Positions 1 to 6,043 of a stretch of 35,035 nt of DNA are shown here, piece after piece. Below the pieces are notes generated by a model, which saw only the letters and a list, made by a program, of their open reading frames with translations, had not been told where the DNA came from and did no database searches. The stretch is from a virus (lineage: Duplodnaviria; Caudoviricetes), in IMG/VR virus record IMGVR_UViG_3300021124_000016, positions 1-35,035 of that record; one strand, given 5' to 3'. Positions within the stretch are counted from its first letter, which is position 1; every line of letters begins with the position of its first letter. The position numbers and the translations under genes are program-made.

Positions 1-131
1 CGAACATTTCCATACCTCCTAACATGATGGAGTTCTGCCGGAGTGCCTTCAAACCCATAGACTTCGGAGCATAGAATACATCCGAGTTCTGCAATCTTGT
101 TAAGACGCTTCTTTTCACTTTTAGTGGACAC
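1..131 (-). CDS. ref: Ref-family (recombination enhancement) HNH nuclease, 5' part only, truncated by window edge
   Basis: Manual translation from GTG at 131: MSTKSEKKRLNKIAELGCILCSEVYGFEGTPAELHHVRRYGNV. Basic N-terminus, CxxC and PAELHH match the P1 Ref pattern. Not in the ORF track. Confidence 0.75.
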   Translation of the reverse strand, partial: MSTKSEKKRLNKIAELGCILCSEVYGFEGTPAELHHVRRYGNV

Positions 132-285
132 TATTTTTACTAGCCCATGTTTCTAATTCTTGTGCTGTTTCTGTTATTTCACAAGCAATTAAATAGGCTT
201 CAGTATTACGATTTTTAAGAATGGAATGTAAGAACGATTTAGTAAGTCTGTTAAGTTTAAGTATGTGGTCTGCGTAATCGTTCAT
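121..285 (-). CDS. hypothetical protein, 54 aa
   Basis: Manual ORF MNDYADHILKLNRLTKSF...WASKNSVH*. ATGA overlap with the stop of 282..611; fills the operon gap. Confidence 0.7.
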   Translation of the reverse strand: MNDYADHILKLNRLTKSFLHSILKNRNTEAYLIACEITETAQELETWASKNSVH

Positions 286-611
286 CTAGTAACTCTTTCT
301 ATTTGTCTGTTGTTAGCTTGTTCTGTGCGCCAGGTTTCCCAACGCATTTCTGCACTTCTAATCTGCCATTTTAATGTTTCTGCTTGCTCTGTAGCTATTC
401 CTATAGCCTTACATAACTCTTGGTATTCAGGGCTACGGTATGCTTCCATTTCTTTAGCGGCAATGGATGCCCCATCCGCTTGCGCCATCTTGATTGCTTT
501 AAGACTATGCTTAAAGGCTTCGAGTTCCGCCAATTGACCCCTAGCCTTCGCATACTCAGGAGCTTTTTGATAGATAAATTCAATCGCATCATTAGGGTTA
601 TATTCTTTCAT
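282..611 (-). CDS. hypothetical helical/coiled-coil phage protein
   Basis: 109 aa ORF with GGAG RBS; ATG directly follows the stop of 612..1427. Confidence 0.8.
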   Translation of the reverse strand: MKEYNPNDAIEFIYQKAPEYAKARGQLAELEAFKHSLKAIKMAQADGASIAAKEMEAYRSPEYQELCKAIGIATEQAETLKWQIRSAEMRWETWRTEQANNRQIERVTR

Positions 612-1431
612 TTAACAATCTCCATGCTGTTGCTGCACAAAGTGGCACTTGTCCATTTCCAAGGGCTTTAAGTCTGTCCACCCTATCGGCCAACCCATCA
701 ACCACTCTACCCACGCTGGGTTCAAATTTCCAGAAGTCGGGTGAACTACCATACTGAGGGTAATTTGTTTGCCAATTTCTAATCTTCTTTGTATTGATGG
801 ATTGCTCATGTTTCCCCTGTTTTTCCAATCTTCCGCATTGGGTGTTGGAAATACTCTTTTTTTCAATGCTTTCCGACTGTTGCTGCCCCCATCTATTCCT
901 GTTGTGCATGGCGTGTGAAAGAAATCTAGATTGTTCGGTACTTTTTCCAACAATCCATATTCTGTCCCTTCTATGATTTGCTCCAACATCGGCTGCTGAA
1001 AGCACTCCCCATTCCGCATTGAACCCCAACGAGGCCAGGTCTGCAAGGACTCGTTCAAGTCCTCTAAAAGTGAGCATTGGACTGTTCTCAATGAATGTGT
1101 ATTTTGGTCGTACCTCGCCAATAATCCTTGCCATCTCTTTCCACATTCCTGATCGTTGTCCATCAAGTCCATCGCCTTTTCCTGCTGCGCTGATGTCTTG
1201 ACATGGAAATCCCCCAGATACAACGTCAACAATTCCTGCCCAAGGTTTTCCATCAAAGGTTTGAACGTCATCCCAAATTGGGAAAGTCGGGAGAAGTCCA
1301 TCATTTTGTCTGGCGCACAATACGCTTGCTGGATATGCTTCCCATTCAACGGCACAGACTGTTCGCCATCCAAGCAAATATCCCCCAAGTATTCCTCCAC
1401 CAGCGCCTGCGAAAAGAGCCAACTCATTCAT
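598..1431 (-). CDS. C5 cytosine DNA methyltransferase, alpha-type polypeptide (motifs I-VIII and X)
   Basis: LFAGAGG (I), VEW (II), DDV (III), GGFPCQDIS (IV), ENSP (VI), HRRDRIWIVG (VIII), LKALGNGQVP (X). No motif IX in this frame. Confidence 0.93.
   Translation of the reverse strand: MNELALFAGAGGGILGGYLLGWRTVCAVEWEAYPASVLCARQNDGLLPTFPIWDDVQTFDGKPWAGIVDVVSGGFPCQDISAAGKGDGLDGQRSGMWKEMARIIGEVRPKYTFIENSPMLTFRGLERVLADLASLGFNAEWGVLSAADVGANHRRDRIWIVGKSTEQSRFLSHAMHNRNRWGQQQSESIEKKSISNTQCGRLEKQGKHEQSINTKKIRNWQTNYPQYGSSPDFWKFEPSVGRVVDGLADRVDRLKALGNGQVPLCAATAWRLLNERI
612..1427 (-). CDS. overlapping +1-frame ORF; probable beta subunit of the C5 methyltransferase (TRD-like segments plus motif IX)
   Basis: 271 stop-free codons nested in the MTase gene. 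Contains FHTP/FPTPNAEDWK segments and LNPAWVEWLMGWPIGWT (motif IX-like). Starts at the second ATG of ATGAATG; stop abuts the next gene's ATG. Confidence 0.8.
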   Translation of the reverse strand: MSWLFSQALVEEYLGDICLDGEQSVPLNGKHIQQAYCAPDKMMDFSRLSQFGMTFKPLMENLGQELLTLYLGDFHVKTSAQQEKAMDLMDNDQECGKRWQGLLARYDQNTHSLRTVQCSLLEDLNESLQTWPRWGSMRNGECFQQPMLEQIIEGTEYGLLEKVPNNLDFFHTPCTTGIDGGSNSRKALKKRVFPTPNAEDWKNRGNMSNPSIQRRLEIGKQITLSMVVHPTSGNLNPAWVEWLMGWPIGWTDLKPLEMDKCHFVQQQHGDC

Positions 1432-1438
1432 ATAGCCC

Positions 1439-1585
1439 TCATTTAAGATTCATCCATAAACCAATTTGTGCGGCAGCATAACCAAGCCAAATAAAAGTAT
1501 TGCTTGGCGAACCTTTAATAAATTGCGTAAGGCCAACAATTAAATATCCAAGCCCTGTTGCTGCGACAATAATCCTCTCAAGCAT
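1439..1585 (-). CDS. small two-helix membrane protein, 48 aa
   Basis: Manual ORF MLERIIVAATGLGYLIVGLTQFIKGSPSNTFIWLGYAAAQIGLWMNLK*; purine-rich RBS upstream. Confidence 0.7.
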   Translation of the reverse strand: MLERIIVAATGLGYLIVGLTQFIKGSPSNTFIWLGYAAAQIGLWMNLK

Positions 1586-1752
1586 CCTTTTTCCCCTTTG
1601 TTTCCAGCTTTCCAAGCTGTATAAAAATCTTGCAATAATTTTTCGTCTAATTCATATTTACTTATATACAACCTAAACTTTTGCAATCCCCATTCGTGCC
1701 GCCATTTGCACAACTGTCTTACTGCACACTCATGTTTAACTTGCTCATACAT
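1540..1752 (-). CDS. hypothetical protein
   Basis: 70 aa ORF in operon orientation, overlapping both neighbours. Confidence 0.6.
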   Translation of the reverse strand: MYEQVKHECAVRQLCKWRHEWGLQKFRLYISKYELDEKLLQDFYTAWKAGNKGEKGCLRGLLSQQQGLDI

Positions 1753-2090
1753 TTCTTTTTAAGAGTTTCGTATGTATCGTAACCATTACCCAAGATACCA
1801 AGCTCTTTTGCTTTTGCAACAATTCCATCATTGCTAAACATCCATCTTTTATCAATCTTTTCTTTCTTGGGTTCTATGACCAATTCATCTTCCCAGCGTT
1901 CTTGATTAAGCCAAGTAGCTGCATGAGGTATAAATTCTAATGCAGTTTCTTTAGCTTTCCAATATTGACAATGGTTTGCAATTGCTTTAGCAGCTTGTAG
2001 TTGTTGTTCTTCTGTTAATCTTGCCCAAACTTTTTTTGCTGCTGCTTTTGCTACTTTTCTTGGATACATCATCCAAAATTCATCAAACAT
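1719..2090 (-). CDS. replication-initiator C-terminal-domain-like protein (no N-terminal HTH)
   Basis: FDEFWMMYPRKVAKAAAKKVW...FIPHAATWLNQERWEDE is the pattern of phage replisome-organiser C-terminal domains. RBS AGGGGGAA; located downstream of the Cro-like gene. Confidence 0.7.
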   Translation of the reverse strand: MFDEFWMMYPRKVAKAAAKKVWARLTEEQQLQAAKAIANHCQYWKAKETALEFIPHAATWLNQERWEDELVIEPKKEKIDKRWMFSNDGIVAKAKELGILGNGYDTYETLKKKCMSKLNMSVQ

Positions 2091-2129
2091 AAGTTCCCCC
2101 TTAGTTTTAATTAATACTGTAGTTACTTA

Positions 2130-2350
2130 TAACTTATAGCCTTTAAAAGCTATCCCAAACGGTTTAAGCAAACCTAGCCTACCTAGATTTGCCTTCATAC
2201 GCCACCCAGTACGGAATCGCATAACCCGACAGTCTTGCATGGTATAGGCACTATCTTCGCCACCTATATTGCGCTGTTTCAACCATTACCCCCAGTAGCG
2301 CTTTTAATCCTATTCCCTGGTATGTCGTTAGAGCCTCGAAATAGGAAAGT
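2130..2350 (-). ncRNA. candidate structured non-coding RNA (or ssDNA origin structure) between the Cro-like and initiator-like genes
   Basis: At least five stems (+ coordinates 2308-2316/2338-2346, 2271-2275/2297-2301, 2243-2250/2261-2268, 2168-2177/2183-2192, 2136-2142/2147-2153). Their imperfections are G-U pairs on the minus strand. No ORF of 60 aa or more. Confidence 0.65.
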
Positions 2351-2357
2351 GAGTTTA

Positions 2358-2597
2358 CTACTTTTTTTCTAACTCAGGCCAAATGATATGCCAAGAATTA
2401 GGAAATATGTCTTTTCGTGTAATTAAACCATGTGAATCACGCTCTAGCGTTGCTGCTAGGAATAAAAACTTATCTGCTGGAATGTTGTTTTTTCGCCACA
2501 TTGATACTGCGTTTGGGGTTACATCAGCTAATTTAGCCACTTTTGTAGTTCCCCCCAACAAATCAATGATTGCTGAATCTGTTAGTTTTAGCTTCAT
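2358..2597 (-). CDS. Cro/YdaS-like helix-turn-helix regulator, probably leaderless
   Basis: IIDLLGGTTKVAKLADVTPNAVSMWRKNNIP HTH and C-terminal DIFP..W..IWPEL. Start moved to ATG 2597, 7 nt after a -10 box. Confidence 0.85.
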   Translation of the reverse strand: MKLKLTDSAIIDLLGGTTKVAKLADVTPNAVSMWRKNNIPADKFLFLAATLERDSHGLITRKDIFPNSWHIIWPELEKK

Positions 2598-2612
2598 GTA
2601 AATAATCTTACA
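2597..2612. promoter_or_regulatory. palindromic operator 1 (TGTAA-N6-TTACA)
   Basis: TGTAAATAATCTTACA covers the leftward -10 box and start codon. Confidence 0.7.
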
Positions 2613-2633
2613 TTGTATGTTGCTAATTTGCAA
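2605..2633 (-). promoter_or_regulatory. leftward sigma70-type promoter
   Basis: Minus strand TTGCAA-17 bp-TAAGAT; predicted +1 at or next to ATG 2597. Confidence 0.65.
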
Positions 2634-2640
2634 ATACTTG

Positions 2641-2668
2641 TTGACACCTATGTAATTATGCTTACAAT
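2641..2668 (+). promoter_or_regulatory. rightward sigma70-type promoter
   Basis: TTGACA-16 bp-TACAAT upstream of the recombination operon. Confidence 0.7.
2651..2666. promoter_or_regulatory. palindromic operator 2 (TGTAA-N6-TTACA)
   Basis: TGTAATTATGCTTACA covers the rightward spacer and -10 box. Confidence 0.7.
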
Positions 2669-2710
2669 CAATCTTATAGCAATTTCGCTATGTATTTTCG
2701 GGGGAACGAA

Positions 2711-2923
2711 ATGGGTGAATTACACCAACTGATGTTAGAACATGAAGAATTTTTAGAGTCAGCACTTGATGACATGGAATTTGGCGGTGAACTTAGCCAA
2801 GAGCAAGTCGACTGCATTCGTCAAGCTTGTGGCAAACCACGCAACAGCCAAGTAAATCAAGTATTGCGTGATGTCATTAATGACTTTGGCACAATCTTTG
2901 GAGGTAAAAATGCCTCAATCTGA
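2711..2923 (+). CDS. hypothetical protein, first gene of the rightward operon
   Basis: RBS CGGGGGAA before ATG 2711 (MGELHQ...). Confidence 0.7.
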   Translation: MGELHQLMLEHEEFLESALDDMEFGGELSQEQVDCIRQACGKPRNSQVNQVLRDVINDFGTIFGGKNASI

Positions 2924-3356
2924 ATCTATAGCCAACTTAGCTAAAGCTCTATCAATCGTTCAAGGGGAACTAACTCATGCTAAAAAAGATTCTGCAAATC
3001 CGTTTTTCAAATCTAAGTATGCTGATTTGGAGTCTGTTTGGGATGCTTGTCGCAGTCTACTGGCTCGAAACGGTCTTAGTGTTATACAGATGCCTGGCAA
3101 TTACTTCGAAGGCCGTATGTGGCTCATAACACGCCTTTGCCATGCAAGTGGTGAATGGATTGAGCAAGAAATGTCAGTACCAGTAGCTAAAGCTGATCCA
3201 CAAGGCGCTGGTTCTGCACTTACCTATATGCGTAGATATGCTTTGGCTGCGTTTATAGGTGTCGTACAAGCTGATGATGATGGCAATGCTGCATCTAATC
3301 CAGTTCAAAGCAAATCAAGCACATCAATGAAGTCAATCGCCAAAGATATTTTATAA
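2910..3356 (+). CDS. erf: ERF-family single-strand annealing protein
   Basis: NPFFKSKYADLESV...HASGEWI...DPQGAGSALTYMRRYALAAFIGVVQADDDGN is the ERF signature. GGAGG RBS before ATG 2910. Confidence 0.93.
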   Translation: MPQSESIANLAKALSIVQGELTHAKKDSANPFFKSKYADLESVWDACRSLLARNGLSVIQMPGNYFEGRMWLITRLCHASGEWIEQEMSVPVAKADPQGAGSALTYMRRYALAAFIGVVQADDDGNAASNPVQSKSSTSMKSIAKDIL

Positions 3357-3366
3357 AGGACAAGAA

Positions 3367-3627
3367 ATGGCATATACACCAAAAGAAGGATCAGGGAGTT
3401 TATTTAAGAATGACCGTAAAACGACTGATAACCATCCTGATTATTCGGGCACAATTATGGTTAATGGTAAAGAACATTGGCTTTCGGGTTGGGTTAAAGA
3501 GGGTAAAAAGGGTAAATTTTTCAGTATTTCAATTGGTAAAGAAAAAATTCCTTTAGGTTTTAAAGCTGCTGGTTCAGATGAATTACCAAAGTCTGATCCA
3601 TTTATAGACGATTCTGTACCATTTTAG
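3367..3627 (+). CDS. putative ssDNA-binding protein (DUF736-like)
   Basis: GSLFKNDRK...HPDYSG...WLSGW and an acidic SSB-like tail (DDSVPF); adjacent to ERF. Confidence 0.7.
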   Translation: MAYTPKEGSGSLFKNDRKTTDNHPDYSGTIMVNGKEHWLSGWVKEGKKGKFFSISIGKEKIPLGFKAAGSDELPKSDPFIDDSVPF

Positions 3628-3635
3628 GAGCTATT

Positions 3636-3842
3636 ATGCAGAACCAAATTAAAGACATTATTGATACTAAATACACAGAAAAAGTGTGGCATGGAGTTGG
3701 AGTTGATGAAGAACAACAACTCATCAGCTTTTCACCAGAAGATTTAGCAGCAGTCATTAAAGCGGTTCTGCACGTTGCTGCGGATTTATGCGTATCTGAA
3801 CAAGATACGACAACAATCATTAATTACGCTAAAGGCATCTAA
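3636..3842 (+). CDS. hypothetical protein
   Basis: AGGAG RBS, 68 aa, coupled to the next gene. Confidence 0.7.
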   Translation: MQNQIKDIIDTKYTEKVWHGVGVDEEQQLISFSPEDLAAVIKAVLHVAADLCVSEQDTTTIINYAKGI

Positions 3843-4081
3843 TGACCTGTAAAGCCTGTAAGTTTTTTGTATTTAACCAAAACGATATGATGGGAGCTTG
3901 CAAGCTCAATCCTGTCGTAGTGAATAAATTGCCAAAAGATTGGTGCGGTCAAGAAATACCAGCAGAGTATGAGGCTACAGTTATTCCTGATGCGCCTGTA
4001 GTAGAAGTTGTATACGATATAAACACGGATGAAGTAAAACCAAAAAGGGGAAGAAAAAATGCTAATAAAGGACAACAGTAG
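3842..4081 (+). CDS. small four-Cys (metal-binding) protein
   Basis: CKAC...GAC...WCG; TAATG coupling. Confidence 0.7.
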   Translation: MTCKACKFFVFNQNDMMGACKLNPVVVNKLPKDWCGQEIPAEYEATVIPDAPVVEVVYDINTDEVKPKRGRKNANKGQQ

Positions 4082-4826
4082 TGAACAAGGTCACTGGTAT
4101 GACAAGGATGGCAATCCAGCCTACGAAATCATTGGCGCAAACGGCAAACAAAGGAACACAACCTTACGAGATGCTAAAAAACTCGGTTTATTGCCCTCCG
4201 TTACAACCATCTTGGGAGTCGCAGCTAAACCAGGACTTGACCGATGGAAACAAGAACAGGCCATACTCGCTGCACTTACATTACCTCGCTTAGAGGATGA
4301 AGAAGAATCTGCTTGGCTTAGTCGTGTTTTAAGCGATTCTAAGGCCCAAGGCAGAGAAGCAGCAGATCGAGGCACATTGATTCATGGAGTTCTGGAATTG
4401 TTCTTTGATGGCATTTTGCTTGAATCTGTGCCCGACTATTGCCGTAACGCAGAAAACGCCTTAAAAGCCACTTTTGGCAATCGCCTGTGGATTCCTGAGA
4501 AGTCAGCTAGTCATGAGCTAGGATTTGCTGGGAAAGTGGATTTACACGCTAAAGGCGATAAGGTTAAAGGCATACCTGGCGTGGTTTGCGATTTTAAGAC
4601 TAAAGAAATCCCCTTGGAAAAGGTCGTTCCATACGAGGATCATATCATGCAGATCGCTGCCTACCGTGAATTGCTAGGTTTGCCAGATGCTCGTTGCGCC
4701 ATTATGTTTGTCAACGGTTTGACAAATGAAGTAAAACTATGTGAGATTGAAGAAGCAGAGCTACAAAAAGGCCTTAAATGCTTTTTTCATCTTTTGCGTT
4801 TCTATCAACTCAAGTCTGGTCTATAA
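4059..4826 (+). CDS. PD-(D/E)XK exonuclease (Cas4/RecB-like phage recombination nuclease)
   Basis: PSVTTIL, RGTLIH, E...AGKVD...DFKT, QIAAY motifs; with ERF and SSB. Confidence 0.88.
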   Translation: MLIKDNSSEQGHWYDKDGNPAYEIIGANGKQRNTTLRDAKKLGLLPSVTTILGVAAKPGLDRWKQEQAILAALTLPRLEDEEESAWLSRVLSDSKAQGREAADRGTLIHGVLELFFDGILLESVPDYCRNAENALKATFGNRLWIPEKSASHELGFAGKVDLHAKGDKVKGIPGVVCDFKTKEIPLEKVVPYEDHIMQIAAYRELLGLPDARCAIMFVNGLTNEVKLCEIEEAELQKGLKCFFHLLRFYQLKSGL

Positions 4827-4832
4827 TATTCA

Positions 4833-4888
4833 TGGGGCTGGCTTGGTTTCCCCCGACCATCGCATCCTTCCGTGAGGAGTCAGCCCCA
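4833..4888 (+). ncRNA. candidate small RNA, three-way junction with C-rich anti-Shine-Dalgarno loop
   Basis: Outer stem TGGGGCTGGCT/AGTCAGCCCCA; inner hairpins TGGT-TTCCCCCG-ACCA and CCT-TCCGTG-AGG; perfect TATAAT at 4822-4827 just upstream. Confidence 0.6.
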
Positions 4889-4966
4889 CCCTAATGTTGC
4901 AAAAAAGATACATATTAGGGTTTCCCCTAGTTATACAGAACAAAAAACTTCAATAAATTACTTACA

Positions 4967-5041
4967 TCAGGTCACCGACACTATTCAGCTCTATGGCTCG
5001 TTGAGATTTCAGACTAAAAAGACTCTGACCTGACTTTTTTT
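4967..5041 (+). promoter_or_regulatory. structured leader or attenuator-like element
   Basis: TCAGGTCA (4967-4974)/TGACCTGA (5026-5033) inverted repeat enclosing 51 nt, followed by C then T7. Confidence 0.45.
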
Positions 5042-5056
5042 AACTTAGGGGGATTT

Positions 5057-5131
5057 ATGAAATACATTGAATGGATTGGCGTTTTACTGCTAGGTATGTT
5101 GTTAGGATCAATGTTCGGATGGGGGTTCTAA
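5057..5131 (+). CDS. 24-aa hydrophobic single-TM peptide
   Basis: MKYIEWIGVLLLGMLLGSMFGWGF*; RBS AGGGGGA; stop abuts ATG 5132. Confidence 0.7.
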   Translation: MKYIEWIGVLLLGMLLGSMFGWGF

Positions 5132-5380
5132 ATGGTTATGCCAACTGAATACGCAACACCAGAAACCAAGACTTATAAATGCTACAAGGTAGGCGAAGTT
5201 TTGTTTGTGCCTCACTACAATAATCCTGGCATTTATATTGGCCCAGCTACTAGGCAAGAAACTGGGTTTATCAAGGGTAAATACACAGCGCAATTGTTTT
5301 ATGCCCATGAGCTTTTAATGATGGGCGCTAGGGAAGTAACTGAACAACTTTGGGTAACATCAGGGAGGGATGCAAAATGA
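5132..5380 (+). CDS. hypothetical protein
   Basis: 82 aa, tightly coupled to both neighbours. Confidence 0.7.
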   Translation: MVMPTEYATPETKTYKCYKVGEVLFVPHYNNPGIYIGPATRQETGFIKGKYTAQLFYAHELLMMGAREVTEQLWVTSGRDAK

Positions 5381-5649
5381 ATTTATGGGATGAAGCAAAC
5401 GAATTAGATACCATTTCTAATCAGATTAGCTGCTTGGGTAATGTTTTAGAGTTAATAGCAGAAAAAATATCTTCTGATCCTGAAAGCGGCACTTTATGGT
5501 TATGTCGTGACGTATGCGATAACCTTGTAGATAAACTGCAAAAGCGTATGCAAAGCTTAATGTCTATGGATCGCCAGCAAAAAGACGATGAGTTTATTGC
5601 TGACTTTGTTAGAAATGCCAAAATCCGTGAACAGGCTGGTGAAGAATGA
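5377..5649 (+). CDS. hypothetical protein
   Basis: GGAGG RBS and ATGA overlap at 5377 (MNLWDEANEL...). Confidence 0.7.
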   Translation: MNLWDEANELDTISNQISCLGNVLELIAEKISSDPESGTLWLCRDVCDNLVDKLQKRMQSLMSMDRQQKDDEFIADFVRNAKIREQAGEE

Positions 5650-5867
5650 ACAATGAACCAGTAGCGTGGATGGATTACCTAGAGCATAGTGATGTTTACG
5701 ACCTTAATGTAAGTGGTCGTGGTATTCCACTCTACACCCATCCAGCAAAGACACTAACAGATGAGGAATTGCTAAACCAATGGCATTTAAAAGATGGCAT
5801 GGATATAGAAGATGAGGATTTAATTAGATTTGCTAGAGCAATACTAAGAAAGGCACAAGAGTTATGA
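5646..5867 (+). CDS. hypothetical small protein (EPVAW...PLYTHP...FARAILRKAQE type)
   Basis: ATGA coupling at both ends; mosaic small phage ORF style. Confidence 0.75.
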   Translation: MNNEPVAWMDYLEHSDVYDLNVSGRGIPLYTHPAKTLTDEELLNQWHLKDGMDIEDEDLIRFARAILRKAQEL

Positions 5868-6043
5868 ACGCAAATGAACTAGCTAACTTATTAGAAGTAG
5901 ATAGTTGGTACAAGCTGGTAACTAGAGAAGAAATAGCCACCATGCTACGCCAGCAACAAGCTGAAATTGAGGCGTTGAATCGCTTTATTGCAGAGCGAGG
6001 GGAAACGGGGCAACTGATTATATGGAAGGCACAAGAGAAATGA
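5864..6043 (+). CDS. hypothetical protein, 59 aa
   Basis: Manual ORF MNANELANLL...ATMLRQQQAEIEAL...WKAQEK*; ATGA overlaps at both ends. Confidence 0.75.
   Translation: MNANELANLLEVDSWYKLVTREEIATMLRQQQAEIEALNRFIAERGETGQLIIWKAQEK

Noticed and set aside
856-863. A_AAA_AAG slippery heptamer in MTase frame A as a way to join frames A and B
   Set aside because: A -1 shift enters the third frame, which stops within about 15 codons. Frame B is +1 and has its own start.
265-1481. + strand ORFs antisense to the MTase operon
   Set aside because: No recognisable products or promoter; the region is already doubly coded on the minus strand.
2598-2633. Longer start for the Cro-like gene (2633), and similarly 2690, 2868, 5350, 6307, 14559, 19166, 23794
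   Set aside because: These extensions overlap promoters or upstream genes; downstream starts have better RBS, promoter or coupling context.
4833-4888. tRNA or tRNA fragment
   Set aside because: Only 56 nt, no T-loop or D-loop consensus; kept as an sRNA candidate instead.
4916-4929. Palindrome TAGGG-N4-CCCTA
   Set aside because: Single intergenic copy; the similar one at 17406-17419 is inside coding sequence, so support for a regulatory call is insufficient.
4975-4980. CCGACA complementary to the TGTCGG loop of the 2130-2350 element
   Set aside because: A 6-nt match is expected by chance in 35 kb, and a cis partner already exists in the P1 loop.
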